Positions 35,201 through 53,870 of a DNA stretch of 64,000 nt are shown here, in pieces. The DNA comes from Eledone cirrhosa (lineage: Eukaryota): assembly GCA_964016885.1 (NCBI GenBank), contig OZ024743.1, positions 278,132,001-278,196,000 on the forward strand, given 5' to 3'. The notes beneath the pieces were generated by a model. It was not told the origin of the DNA. It was given only the letters and a program-made list of their open reading frames with translations, and made no database searches. Each line of letters opens with the position of its first letter. The stretch's first letter is position 1. Position numbers and translations under genes: made by a program.

Positions 35201-35412
35201 GGTGAATTCACAATGTATAATCTGGGGGTGACTACAGTTAAAAACGTTACTCAATACGTTAATAAAGTACAGGTATTTTTGTTGTATTATAGAAATGACT
35301 ACTGCAGGACTTGAAGTATTTCATTTGTATAAAATCACCAGCTAAATTATTTCCTGAATATTTCTTATGAATGACACGATTCTAGTCCTGTAGAAGTAAT
35401 TTATTTAATAAA

Positions 35413-35447
<35 letters not shown>

Positions 35448-35451
<4 letters not shown>

Positions 35452-36045
35452 AAACAGTATGGTTTGCGTGTCTCGATTTAAAGTAATAAATCAATAAAAA
35501 TAACAAACCTATATTGGGCAACTGCTGTTTGATACCCGGCCAGATCTAAATCTGTTTCGCAAGAATTATTAAGTGAAAGCAACCATTCCTGTGATCTTCT
35601 GCGGGTATCCAGGAAATTCGTACCTTTCACTTCAAAAGATCTAAGAAGACTGAACTATGTGTTGATATAAAAGCGCATGTTGCAGCGCGTAGTGCGTCTC
35701 ATACTCATGCCGCTAAAAATAGAAGCCGGTTTTTTAAGACGAAAGTTAGCTCTACGTATGGAGCCGAAAATATCATAGATTGATTTAGAAACTCAAAATA
35801 GTCTTTTACAATTAAATAGCTCAAGGAAGGGAATCTATCTGAGCTGTGTAATACAATTGAATATATGAGAGGGATGAACACAGATATAACTATATATGTG
35901 TTCGAATTGCAAATGACCAATTTAGCTAGGTTGAAAAAATACTAATTTAAAATAATATGGTTTGCCTGTCTCGATTTAAAGTAATAAATCAAACGGCAGT
36001 TGCCCAATATAGGTTTGTTATTTTTATTGATTTATTACTTTAACT
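35448..36045 (-). mobile_element. Non-coding pLTR-like element with direct and inverted terminal segments (family E)
   Basis: 35448-35494 is repeated at 35946-35992; 35478-35533 is inverted at ~35988-36042; HHR-like fold inside; starts at (TA)n. Confidence 0.7.
35531..35609 (-). ncRNA. Variant/degenerate type I hammerhead (CAGAAGA core)
   Basis: GATACCCG-CAGAAGA-TCA-CAGGAAT...ATTCTTG-C-GAAA-CAGAT-TTAG-ATCTG-GC-CGGGTATC; 8 bp stem I; triplet GGC instead of GUC. Confidence 0.62.
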
Positions 36046-36110
36046 TCTACCTAACTCGTCCCATGGACTGAGTGCTCTAACACTACGGATATTACCTTTC
36101 AGTATTCTAC

Positions 36111-36236
<126 letters not shown>

Positions 36237-36239
36237 CTG

Positions 36240-36419
36240 TATGAAAAGATTCAAGAGCCTGACGGCTGAGCTCCTGCTGTTTCGACAGCTAGATTGGATA
36301 TAGCTGTCGAAACAGCCGTCGGGGTTCTGAATCTATTCATATTACTCACCCTACTTCCCCAAATATCGAGTAATCTGGTGGTTTATGGACTAACTGGTTT
36401 TTACCACACCCTATCTGAT

Positions 36420-36420
<1 letters not shown>
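36240..36420 (+). mobile_element. Family B fold-back half-hammerhead element
   Basis: GCTGTTTCGACAGCTA-GATTGGATA-TAGCTGTCGAAACAGC hairpin, then GTCGGGG and the family B tail; between microsatellites. Confidence 0.72.
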
Positions 36421-37139
<719 letters not shown>

Positions 37140-37199
37140 TGTGTGTGTGTATATATGTATATATATATATGTGTGTGTGTGCGTGTGTGTGTGTGTCTG

Positions 37200-37238
<39 letters not shown>

Positions 37239-37610
37239 ATATTCACCAAGAGATTGAATACAGTGAGCCATTATAGCAGGGCCGAATTGTGAGACACAAC
37301 ACACAAGAAACACACCTGGAGCTTCCTGCGACATGATGTAAAATACTCAGTCCTCTACCCAGTAATGTAAACAAAGCATCTGCATTGTTTTGATGGATGC
37401 TGTGAACCTACAGAGCAGTATTTCGCCTGATTAGGGAATCGAGGTTATTAAATACTGCCTAGATTCATTCCCTTAGGAGCTACCAAACTATATCGAATAG
37501 AAGATTCATTATAAGTGGGATTCAGTTTATTAAATGTTCGATAAAACAGATATCAGAAAAATCATGGCGACATAATTTGCACGAACATATAGCAATCTAT
37601 TCATGGCAAA

Positions 37611-37730
37611 TCATCATCATCATCTTCTTCTTCTTCTTCTTCTTCTTCTTCTTCTTCTTCTTCTTCTTCTTCTTCTTCTTCTTCTTCTTCTTCTTCTTCT
37701 TCTTCTTCTTCTTCTTCTTCTTCTTCTTCT
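37611..37730. repeat. (CTT)n microsatellite
   Basis: Directly visible. Confidence 0.97.
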
Positions 37731-37902
37731 CCCCCTCTTCCTCCTCTCCGAGTGTGTTGTGAGGGAAGTGTCCTCAAGCAGGCCTTCTTGATAATTAGTA
37801 TTGTTTCTTAATTCCAGAAATTGCTGTTTTTAATATTATATGAGTGAAACTGACTTATTCTAGTTTGTCTAACTTATATAACCCTAATCTGGATTTTGGC
37901 TT

Positions 37903-37974
<72 letters not shown>

Positions 37975-38081
37975 ATAATAATAAAATTGAAGACTAAAAT
38001 CCAAAGAGGGCTCGATAAGGAAAATATATATCAAATATATAAGAACCGTAGAGCAAATATTTATTAAAATAACAGATTAAA

Positions 38082-38130
38082 GTTTAAGCAAAGAATCGCT
38101 GCTTTCACCCTTAACGGGATCTTCTGAAAC
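38082..38130 (-). ncRNA. Variant type I hammerhead (CAGAAGA core) in the 3' pLTR
   Basis: GTTT-CAGAAGA-TCCC-GTTAA-GGGT-GAAA-GCAGCG-ATT-CTTTGC-TT-AAAC. Confidence 0.65.
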
Positions 38131-39075
38131 TAACAAAGTCAATCTGTAAACGCAGAACTTATATTTCAAAAAACGTTGCAACCGGAGGAAGACAGGAAGA
38201 CGATACTTTGGTTCGTGGAAACGATCGCTGGCTAAGAACGGGAAAAAACGAATATAATACGTCATTAATAGGAGCGGTGAAAAACAATTACGCGCAAAGA
38301 CAGAACCACGTTTATGGTATAATAGAGGTCGTAGACTAATGTTCTCTTAGGTGGTGCATAGAGACGTTCTCTGGCGATGAACGAAAAAAACGAAGATAAT
38401 ACGTCATATGTCGTGCGTGGAGAACAATAGCACGCAAAGACAAAACCACGTAAAAGGTAAGGCAGAAGTTGTAGACTAAAATTCTAACTAGGAGACCAAA
38501 TGAATCTCCGCTACAGAGTTAAGAACAAAGTAAATAAATACAATACAGAAGTAATAGAAACAAATAAATACATACACGCAAACAGATACGTACATACACA
38601 AGCATACGCAAAACCTTACCATAGGTATACAAAAGGTATACCATAGGTATACATATAAATATGTGTGTGTGTGTATGCTTGTGTACAAATAAATAAATAA
38701 ATAATTATATAAACGTATATAAGTAAATAAATACGTATATAACAAGCGCATACACATACCTACAAATAAATACACGAATGTTCGGAGACGTAAGTCAACT
38801 AAAACAAGAAGTACACATATACACACACCCACCATACGTACGAACCTGCACACTCACGCAGACGCAAAACTCCCGTATACACATAGCCAAACCCTAAATA
38901 CCAGAATATGTAAAAATTATACGCCATAACAGTCAAATATACGTACGAGAAGGTATACATACCTTCACAAAACATACGGGTAATATATACTTACCTATGC
39001 AAATAATTAAAGAAATAAACAAAACATATACTTAGCTCCCACATCAAGACGTAAAATATCCACGTATAGATCGTG

Positions 39076-40168
39076 CTATCCGTCAGGGTATAACGTGGGG
39101 CTGTAATGCAGGAAAGTTTTGTGCAATTTATGTTTACAAGCCGAAATTGCCTCAGATTTTTTGTTTAAGATGTGGTTCGTGACGTAGAGTATTTCCAGGG
39201 CCTCAGCGGCGCAGAGGTCACATGGTCTTTTATTTCCGTTATACGATCTAGCCCTAGCTAGGATCTCCCAGTGTAACTTATATTGGGTGTGGTTGTCTTT
39301 TAGACTCCAGATATAAGCTGAAAGTGACGTCATGTTCCTTCTTAGAGGGTAACGAAAAGAATGGGTATGCATGTAAAGACACTGCTTGAAACTATTGGCG
39401 GTTAACCCTATGTAGGCCCTACAACCTTACATTTGTAGACAATGTTACTAGAGAGGCATTTCCCGGATAGGGGGCAAACAGCCCGATTCCTACAATTACA
39501 GTTAGTACTAACTACAGGGTTGCACGTGTTCCTACGGCTAGGTAGTTTAGCTAAATTTAATGCTGTGGTGTTATGTGCAAGGTTAGGAGTCGTAGAGTAA
39601 GAAATTTTAATAGTATTTCTATTAAAAATGTTACTATATTTACGTGTAGGGGGGAAATGCTTCGTAATAAGGGAAAGAAAGATCTTAGCTAATGGTGTGG
39701 CCACCTCCATATTATATGGTGGGTTAAACCAACAAATGCGACGGGATCTATTTCTTCTAGGTCTATTTTCGTACTCTGTATATGCTACCTTATCAACAAA
39801 TCCACTTCGAGCAAGAGCTTCATTGTAGTAAGTGTAATGGTCGTTGAAAATGCGCTCGTTGGTGGAAAGACGGGAAAGCCTCAACGAAACGTTTTTTACC
39901 AGGTTCTTGGTTATGCTGGCAGGATGGTTGGAATGCTTACTTATGTAATTAAGCGTATCATTCGGCTTTCTATACGGGTAATACAACCCATTCAATAAAT
40001 TGAGGGTAACGTCGAGGTAATTAACGACCGAGAGATTGGCCTCAGCCTGTATAGAGAGGTTGAAGCCTTTAAAAAAGGCTGAGAGTTCTTTTCTGAACCT
40101 GTCGCAAGCACGAGGTCCGCACCTAGTCATGGTCAAAAGACCATCGTCACGGTACAAACCACCGCCCG
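39076..40168 (-). pseudogene. Naiad-like RT C-terminus + GIY-YIG endonuclease
   Basis: GLYRDDGL, VNYLDVTLNL, PYRKPN..YI...SNHP, WFNPPY, KISYS, CNCRNRAVCPLSGKC, IVYKC then a frameshift to YIGLT, CDLC..E, ACKH. Confidence 0.9.
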
Positions 40169-40254
40169 CGGAACCAAAGTATCGTCTTCCTATCTTCCTC
40201 CGGTTGCAACGTTTTTGAAATATCCAGTTCTGCGTTTACAGATTGACTTTGTTA

Positions 40255-40303
40255 GTTTCAGAAGATCCCGTTAAGGGTGAAAGCAGCGATTCGTTGCTTA
40301 AAC
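40255..40303 (+). ncRNA. Variant type I hammerhead (CAGAAGA core) in the inverted pLTR
   Basis: GTTT-CAGAAGA-TCCC-GTTAA-GGGT-GAAA-GCAGCG-ATT-CGTTGC-TT-AAAC; all three stems pair; triplet CUU. Confidence 0.7.
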
Positions 40304-40320
40304 TTTAATCTGTTATTTTA

Positions 40321-40403
<83 letters not shown>

Positions 40404-41094
40404 TATACAGCAGTGCCTTAATGACCAGCGGCAGCTACAGCTAGGTATCGACTGTCAACTGTCTCAGAAACCAGTACATATAGGAAAGAGAACCTTAACA
40501 TAAAGTGACTTTGAATATAAAACGAACTAATTCAAGAATATGCTTACTTAAAGCTCAAACAAATATATGAAATATAATTAAAACACTTAAAAACATACTA
40601 AAGAATATAAATAAAAAACAACTTTAATAAGCAAAATATAGAATAAACGAATATACTAACATTAAAACATTTAAAATTTAATCAGGAAGTAAGACATACC
40701 AAATCGAACACAAGCGGAAGGTATAATAATATATCAGCGTAACGGAATTCCAACATATGTACAAAGTATAGATCATAAGCCAAGAAAGCTGATCCAGAAG
40801 TACATCAACGAAAATATCAACAAGTGATTATAGGAAAGATCTAATCTTAGAATGTTCTAAATCTTGAATTTTTTTTTATGTTATCTAAAATCTGTAAAAC
40901 ATGCGGAGTATATTAAAAATTAAAAGCCTAGAAATAGAGATATTCTGAATGTGGGAATTACAGAAATAAACTATCCCCATAACAATAGGTACATTGTGAA
41001 ATAAACAAATGTGAAAAAAATACCACACACACATCAGAATATAATATTATCAGGCAAAGCATATATATTATTTAGAATATTTTGAATATACTCT

Positions 41095-41640
41095 TGGAAC
41101 TGCACATATATTATGTAAAGTACTTTCAATGAAAAACTAAATTCTTAGCCTCACGTTGCGTACTTTTACCTATTGCGCATATAATATGTAATCCACTTTC
41201 AATAATAGTATTACTAGACAATATGTATATATTACGTAGAGTACTTTTGATACAATGTCATTGTTTTGAAAGTAATAACAATGAGATTGTATCAAAAGTA
41301 CTCTACGTTGTAAATAAAATTATGTAAAGTAATTTCAATACAATAAAAGTACCAGGTACTGTACATATATATTGTGTAGAGTAATTTTAATACAATGGTG
41401 CTTCTAGGTACTGCGCATATAGACAATGTTTAATATAGGTAACTTTTAATACAATATTGGTACGAGGCACTGAACATAATGTAGTGGAATTTCAATACAT
41501 TGCACTAAAGGACACTGCTCAAAGATTACGTAAAGTATTTTCAAACTTATTTGTGTGTGATATATTCAATAAATAACTTTATTAGGCACTGAACATACAC
41601 TATATAAAGCGCTTTCAATACAAAAGCTGTACACGTCACT
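41095..41640. repeat. Degenerate ~50 bp minisatellite with internal inversion
   Basis: Recurrent unit approx. GTACTGCACATATATTATGTAAAGTACTTTCAATACAAT; hairpin at 41234-41308. Confidence 0.75.
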
Positions 41641-41962
41641 TTGGACATATGTTCTTCATTAGGAAAGAACAGATTCGGAAAGAGAGAGAGAGGAGGTTAG
41701 AATAATGGAAATGGGGGTGGGTATATTTCATACATTTGACAATCCTAAATGCCGTTTCTCATAGGTTTCCAATCACTAAATTTCACACAGCAAAAAATAA
41801 CAGATGGACGCAGGCACAATGTACCACAAATAACTTGAGTTTGATGCGGTGATTTATCACGAATGATTTGGAAATTGGTACCCCCCCCCACACACACACT
41901 CACACTCACACACACACACACACACACACATACATACAATCACACATACATACAATCACACT

Positions 41963-42023
<61 letters not shown>

Positions 42024-42806
42024 ACAGACACACTCACACACACACAATCACACTCACACACAATCACACACATGTATAATTTATTCGTCTAAATTAAAGA
42101 AGAAAAATCTATTTATATATATAAAATACTCTGCAACATATTTTGTGTACACTCTTCCTATCTCATCGAAAAGATAGTGTTTCAATATCTATCTATTTGT
42201 ATCTCTCCTCTCTCTCTCTCTATCTCTGCGTGTGTGTAAACAAACACACACACATACACACGCACACATACGTTTATTAAACGTACGAAATTACATTGCT
42301 TCATCCGATGAGATTCCGTAAAAGCAAAACTTTTCCGTCTATGCAGTTTCACTCACGACGGCTTGTGTCAACAGGAAGCTATATCAAATTACACTTACCT
42401 CAAAGTGTTCCGTAAGGAAATCGAGCTGAGGACCGGGTTATTAGCAATCGGACTATATAACCACGCAGACATGCCTGTTCCCACATATATTATACTAAAG
42501 CTTCCAGATGAAACAAAATGAAAGTCATTACATCTAACAGTTAGTTATTAAAAAAACAACAATTAGTATTGCTATTGTTGCCAAACAATTTTTTTTGTTT
42601 GTTAGTTCTTAAGGTGATTAATTATATTTGGTGTTATCGGACCTCTCTTGTTGTCGTTCATACGTCTTAACACGCTCTTTTGTAGTTTTCCTCCATCCGT
42701 CATTTTCATACTTCCTACATCATCACCTCTCTCACTCTATATATTTTTCTATAACTCTTTCGCCCTCTCCGATACACTCATGTACATACACAGACACACA
42801 TACACG

Positions 42807-42920
<114 letters not shown>

Positions 42921-42928
42921 CACACGCG

Positions 42929-43002
<74 letters not shown>

Positions 43003-43545
43003 CATATATATATATATGTATATATATATACGTATATATATATTTTTTATATATATATATAGATAGATATATGCATACACACATACACACAGACGCAGAC
43101 ACAAATACACACACACACACAGACACACATATATATATATATACCCACTCATACACACGCCCGCACACACTCACACGCACATACACACATACACATACAC
43201 ACATCACATATGTTTGTATGTGTGCGTGTGAATGTGTGCACACGTTGCCAAACATCACATTATTCACTCTTTGCTAAAGCGCAATAGATATGAAAAAATA
43301 ATGACAAAATAACAAATAATAACATCGCTAAGTTGTATGGCATTATAATGATTCTTAGAGATAAGATTGTGCAAAAATCTAAATTCAGATCAAAGTGGTC
43401 ACCTTTATAAATTATTTGCAAAGACAAAGACCGGAGAAAGAAAGTAGAATATGAAAATTAAAGAATGAGGGACAAAGAGAATGAGAATGACAAAGGGTGA
43501 GACGAAGAGAAAGAGGAACAAGTTGAAGAAGAGAAAAGACAAAAG

Positions 43546-43591
<46 letters not shown>

Positions 43592-43798
43592 GTGTGTGTC
43601 TGTGTGTGTGTGTATGTATGGGTATGCATATATATCTATATATATATATAAAGAGAGAGGGAGAGAGAGAGACAGTGAGAGGAGAGAGATAGAGAGAAAG
43701 AAGGAGATAGAAGGGTAGAGAGATAGAGAGAGAGAGAAAGAGAGAGAGAGGGGGAGAAAGAAGTGAAAAGAGGTTCATGGGCCGATATATATATATAT

Positions 43799-43983
43799 AA
43801 TTGTTTCTACTTTTGGCACAAGTCCAGGAATTACCCAGTACATTACTGGTACTTTATTTTATCGACCCCGTAAGGATGAAAGGCAAAGTTGACCTCGACG
43901 GGATTTGAACTCAGAATGGAAAGGGCCGTAACTCTATGCGTCAAAGCAAGACGTCCGACCCTCTACCGATCGTGCCAATCCAT
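43799..43983 (-). mobile_element. tRNA-derived SINE
   Basis: Reverse complement of the 8897-9085 family, full length. Confidence 0.88.
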
Positions 43984-44074
43984 GACCATTCAGACGGGGG
44001 CCGGAAATTTGAGTAGAAGAGAGAAAAAAAACATGAGTTAGACAGGCAGACAGTCAAGCAGATATATATACTCA

Positions 44075-45279
<1,205 letters not shown>

Positions 45280-45280
<1 letters not shown>

Positions 45281-45485
45281 GATGTGTTGGTGTAAATGGT
45301 ATTACAGTGGTCCGGTTAACCGAAGATGTGGGTTCGACTACCATGTACGTCAATACTCATCTTTTTCCATTCCTCCGAGGGTTCTTAACCCTACTATTAG
45401 GCTAAATAATTTCTTTAATTTCTTTAGTCAAAATACGGCGATAGCTTACATTTCTAATAATTTCAAACCCACTCGCTATTTCGAA
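45280..45485 (+). mobile_element. SINE-like element with tRNA-like head
   Basis: TGGTGTAAATGG A-box-like and GGTTAACCGAAGATGTGGGTTCGACTACC B-box-like; body matches 11478-11616. Confidence 0.55.
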
Positions 45486-45494
45486 AATATTCTT

Positions 45495-45529
<35 letters not shown>

Positions 45530-46496
45530 AACGGGTAATGGAGACAATCCAAGTTCTTATTTTCTTCAGGAACGTGGTTTGTTGGTTTATTGGTTTGGTG
45601 GTACAGCGATAAATGACGCCGAAAGTAATGGGTGACATTATCTCTTAAAATAGCTTCACCTATGAAGTGTTAGTAGATGGTCATTTTGAAAATGTAACTT
45701 GTAGTAACAATACTACTACTACTGCTACTGTAGTAGCAGTGGTTGATAGAAGGACATACCTATATATCTAATATATACCTGGCATTTTGGGTGCTAAATT
45801 ATTCATTTTCTTTTCGAAAACTGAAGAAACTGACAATATTCATTTTTGGAGGTGATTAGTGGAGTTTAGCATATACATAAAGAGAATGCGAGAGTGCAAT
45901 TTTAAGACCTTCACTAAAATTACAGCTTCGACAAATACTTTATTCTCTAAGGTTTTACTAAGTGTATAGGCTATCTCAAAAACTTAGACATCGTTTATAA
46001 TTCATAGAGGTATATATATGATATCAGAATTCTTTTGATCCTTATAGTTGCACCATGTCTTTCCTCCTGTAATTAATGGTAACTTTAATCGCCCAAGGGT
46101 CTCCCTCTCGGCTTTGGTCATCATCTCTGTTTATCGCCATAGTTTGCAAAAATCGTTCAATATCACCCACAACATAACAACGAGCTCTGTTCTCCCATCT
46201 CCAGTGAAGAACTGTACATTTGCTTTCTATCTCACACGTATGCCTGAGATCCATGCAATATTGTTTTACCAAACTACCGTTAATTCACAATCAGGAGGTT
46301 TTCTGATCATGTTACATCGAGCGATGCTTCGTTATTGGAACATGTCCTGGGAACATAAATGATCCCAACAAACACACCTACAGGAGATATCACTAGATGG
46401 CTCCTCAGCAAGAGCTCCTTAGGGTCAGATGTTACCCATATACTTATATGTATGTATATATATACATATACATATATCTATATATCTATATGTATC

Positions 46497-46576
<80 letters not shown>

Positions 46577-46580
<4 letters not shown>

Positions 46581-46764
46581 AATAACAGGAGGCTGGACTG
46601 GTGTAATTCCTTAAAGGTTTATTATACTATGATCATTTCAATGACAGGGTTCAGTATGGATCCGGTGACATCATCAGGTATTCGAAATTTAACAAAGGAA
46701 TATAATCCATGTGGCTGAAAAGAAAGAGACAAGAAGCCGGCAAGACATTTACCAGTTTCTAGTC

Positions 46765-46765
<1 letters not shown>
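46577..46765 (-). mobile_element. Family C single-arm copy with hammerhead at 46624-46681
   Basis: Near-identical to 15813-15990; minus strand ATAC-CTGATGA-stem II-GAAA-TGATCAT-A-GTAT intact; both sides (TA)n. Confidence 0.82.
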
Positions 46766-46802
<37 letters not shown>

Positions 46803-46829
46803 ATGTGTGTGTGTGTGTGTGTGTGTGTA

Positions 46830-46945
46830 AAAGGTAAACAGAAATAACAACACAAACGGTACAGTACATGGAAGGAATATATTAGGTTAACTCTTGAAAT
46901 AGCAGGAAGAGGGTCTTAACGCGTCTAGTCCTTCATCAGCAGAAA
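46830..46945 (-). mobile_element. pLTR-like fragment with collapsed hammerhead
   Basis: Minus strand CTGATGAAGGACTAG-ACGCGTTAAGA (stem II 3' arm and GAA deleted); flank similar to 520-600. Confidence 0.45.
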
Positions 46946-47089
46946 GAATGAGAAAGAAGATAGATTGAAGGGATGGGCGGGATGGAATTTGAAAAAATTG
47001 TCTTTAGATAAAAATCTTATTGTGTGTGTGTTTACATGTGTTTACATATACACACACACACATATATATATATATACATATATATATGT

Positions 47090-47179
<90 letters not shown>

Positions 47180-47254
47180 GCATATATGCATGACTACAGC
47201 GTTAGAGAGAGGGGGAGAGGGAGGTAGAGAGAGATAATATATAGAATGGAAAAT

Positions 47255-47456
47255 ATCAGAGAGGGTGCGGTAAGATACCAGGTGGACCATAACCCACCAA
47301 AGTACTCGATACTTGGGGTAGTAGAGTGGGTAATATGAAAAGAGTCAGGGCCCCATCGGCTGAGCTGCAGCTGTTTTGACGGCTAGATACGAACCCAAAG
47401 TTCAGTTCTAGCTGTCGAAACGGCCAGAGCTCCGCCGTCATTGTCCTGAATCTTTT
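47255..47456 (-). mobile_element. Family B fold-back half-hammerhead element with 15 bp TSD
   Basis: TATAGAATGGAAAAT at 47240-47254 and 47457-47471; opposed GAAACGGC..GAGCT..GCCG.C halves. Confidence 0.78.
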
Positions 47457-47549
47457 TATAGAATGGAAAATGGATACAGGAGTGGGACAAAATCAACTGC
47501 TTCCACATCAAAAACAGCAGCAACAGTTACAACCATAGCATCCTGAATA

Positions 47550-50807
<3,258 letters not shown>

Positions 50808-51016
50808 GGTGAGGGGGGGGACGTGTACGTGAGTGTTTGTTGTTGAGCACAGCTACAACAAACAGCCAACATCACTACCACAACAATAACAATAACGACA
50901 GCAGCAATAACTACGGGCCTCTATGTTACTGCTAGTAATAGTTTCATGAAATCACATTTTTATTTCTCGTCACACAAACATGCATACACGCACACATTCT
51001 CATACACACACTCACT

Positions 51017-51090
<74 letters not shown>

Positions 51091-52054
51091 CTTGTATGTA
51101 TATTTATATGCATGTATCTATGCTCGGGGATATGGAAATACTCGGTTTGGTGCCCGAGAGCGTCGTTAGCCCACCATAAGTGAGAGACACATAGTTCTTG
51201 TTAGGACATCATTCTAGGAGAATCAAAACTATGAGGTAATGTAAAACCTACGATTTCTTGGCAGCCAATGATGTTGATCTGATCTTCTCTTTGGCTAAAT
51301 GTCACCCTTCTTCAGACAGTGGGAATGGTCCAGTGCAAGGCTTTTCTTCACTTCATCTAAATGAATTTCACGTGTGTTGCACGAGCATGATCTTTTTTGT
51401 CTTTCAATGCAGCATATGCGCAAAGGAAACTAAGTCTTTGGAAGGGCTAATAGTCATTTTTGTGACACCAATGAATGAGAAAAATCTGAAGTGATGGCAA
51501 TTTTGTAAATCGAGATGCCACCATTATGTATATTACCGTGAGATGGCAGAAAAGAACAAAAATACCTTGGGTTGTATGATTTCGTCACTGCGCCCTGTTC
51601 GATATCCTCTGTAACCCACTGTTCGATAAAACACGAAAAATGTGCTCCTGCAAGGTCTGAATCTAATGACTGTAATAAGCAAATCGAAAGAAAATGAAAG
51701 AATCAAGAATTATATGAGTAAAAATAACATCTTATATGGAATATACATAGAAAAATGTATGATCTCAGATAAATTTAGATTATTAATCGATAAATAAATA
51801 CGGTCGTTACCCGTTGAATCATTTTAAATGCAACTAAAAGGGTTGGCTTTAGGGAAAGTATCCATTCGTAAAACCGTAAACCCCAAAGTCCCATCTAACT
51901 TATGTAGATATGGTGTGTTTTTTTCTTTTTAGTCACACATTGAAATATGCTTGGGAGAATGTTTGGATGTTTAAATTGATCTCAGCGATTGTAATATGCC
52001 ATAGGCGGTGTTGATGATGAATTTCGGAGGCCAGCTTTGGTAGGAAAACTACGA

Positions 52055-52262
52055 TGGATTGGCAGTATCAATATGGCGTCGGACAACATGCTCGATAGCA
52101 TAGAGTTATGGCTCTTTACGTTTTCAGTTCAAATCTCACCGAGGTTAGCCTTTCCTTTATCCTTATGGGGTCGATAAAATAAAGTACCAATAACACACTG
52201 GGTTCGATTTAATAGACTTTCACCTCCCCCAAAATTGTTGGCCTTGTGCCTAAATCAAAAAT
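52055..52262 (+). mobile_element. tRNA-derived SINE (older copy)
   Basis: CAGTTCAAATCTCACC, ATCCTTATGGGGTCGATAAAATAAAGTACCA, GGCCTTGTGCC tail. Confidence 0.8.
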
Positions 52263-52744
52263 TATTTGAAAATATAATTACTAGAATGTAAGACACTATA
52301 TTAAATGTCGACGTTTGCCATCTATAGTGGTAATTTATACTATTTGCATAGGTATTATTTGGCGACTACACTTTCAAATTTATAATTTTCCTATACTCAA
52401 TACGTTAACCCAAAGATATTCATATATTACTGGGTTTTTTTACAGAGACAATGCATTCAAGATTACCTGATTCAATATGTTCATTGATTTTGTAAATTAT
52501 ATGTCGTGATTTTATTGAGAGTTTTCTTCTGTTTCTAACGAATCAAATTATTACATACAGACGTCCTCGTTGACTCACTTGTGTTTTTGGCGATAAGGAA
52601 AGTGAAAACGTAGCTCTGTTCTAGCCGAATATGGCTATAAGGGCACTCTAGAAATGATCATAATACCTTTTCTTTGGTTATCTTAGAAGTTATACACAGA
52701 CACAATCGCGCAAGGTATGCACACACACTTACATTCACTTGTAT

Positions 52745-52870
52745 TAACTGGTACATTATTTTATCAACTTCGGAAGGATGAAGGAAAACATTGACCTCTG
52801 CAGAACGTAAAGGGAAAGATTAAATATTGCAAATCATTTTCCCCGATCCTCTATCGATTCTGTCAGTTCA
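52745..52870 (-). mobile_element. Degenerate SINE fragment
   Basis: ACTGGTACATTATTTTATCAACTTCGGAAGGATGAAGG. Confidence 0.55.
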
Positions 52871-52919
52871 GGGTACTTATGATTACCTACATAATGTCAA
52901 CAAACTGACTTAAATTATA

Positions 52920-53689
52920 GCCTTCAAGATAGAAAGGAAGCTCAAAAGCCCCAAGGAGGAAACTCTGTCATTATGGACCAAAGCCATACGGACCCCCCAA
53001 AACAATGATCAGGTAAGAAAAATGGTCGCACATTCAATAGGGGCTAGTATTAAAACTACCATAAAGGGCCACATATTCAAATTCAACGAGAAGATCTACA
53101 CCCAAAAGGAGGGAGCAGCCACTGGCGTCAGCATAGCTGGTGACGTTGCCAACCTGTTTATGGTATGGTGGGAAAGGAGACTCAAAGATCTCCTTGATGA
53201 GGGCTCCATATACCTCATCATGTACTCTCGTTACGTAGACGAAATTAAAATAGTAATAAGGACATCCCCACAAGAGAGTACTAACAAGTATGATTTAGAA
53301 TGTAGCACAATGGAAAGCTTCCAGCAGTTATCTTACTCCATACACCAGAATATAATTGTAACTATCGACTACCCTTCCAAACACCCTAACAGTAGACTAC
53401 CAGTATTAGACATGGAACTCTGGATTAACACTATAGACGAGAGGGCCCAAATTCTCCACTCACACTACGCTAAACCCATGGCCTCCAAATACCTGATACT
53501 CAAAAACTCAGCAATGTCCAGTAGTGCTAAGTTTAATATTCTGATCGCAGACTTGGTACGAGTGATGAAGAACGTGTCCCACGTGTGCGATCCAACAGAA
53601 ATGGAATGACACATCCAACACTTCATCAACCGCATACAGTTCTCTGGCTGCAACCTTAAATATATTTTCCGTGCTATCTCCAACTTCAC

Positions 53690-53690
<1 letters not shown>
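52920..53690 (+). pseudogene. Penelope-like reverse transcriptase fragment
   Basis: FKFNEKIYTQKEGAATG..AGDVANLFM, YSRYVDE(I), LPVLDMELW, HYAKPM; stop at 53607-53609. Confidence 0.85.
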
Positions 53691-53772
<82 letters not shown>

Positions 53773-53786
53773 TTCGAATGAAAAGA

Positions 53787-53870
53787 ACCTTCTGACGAGA
53801 ATCTTTCTTTGCAACGAAGGCCGTATGGTCTCCGTTTATTTTTGAGATTCGAAACCGATTCGGTAAAGGT
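53787..53870 (+). ncRNA. Canonical type I hammerhead ribozyme
   Basis: ACCTT-CTGACGA-GAATCTT...GAGATTC-GAAA-CCG-ATT-CGG-TA-AAGGT; predicted cleavage triplet GUA 53863-53865; in a ~170 bp element between (TA)n tracts. Confidence 0.87.

Larger units (their letters stand above)
38057..40327 (-). mobile_element. 5'-truncated Penelope-like element (Naiad-like) with inverted pLTRs
   Basis: ~158 bp inverted repeats 38057-38214 and 40171-40327 flank an RT C-terminus + GIY-YIG ORF; ~145 bp tandem repeats in the 3' UTR (38221-38490). Confidence 0.9.

Noticed and set aside
38221-39540. Selenoprotein/SECIS as described for some Naiad elements
   Set aside because: Conserved cysteines are encoded by Cys codons with no in-frame TGA, and the AUGA in the 3' UTR repeat lacks the AA loop and GA pairing of a SECIS
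40401-40480. Possible further hammerhead on the minus strand (CTGAGACAG...GTCGATACCTAGCTGTA)
   Set aside because: Both core segments are mutated and stem I does not pair; too degenerate to call
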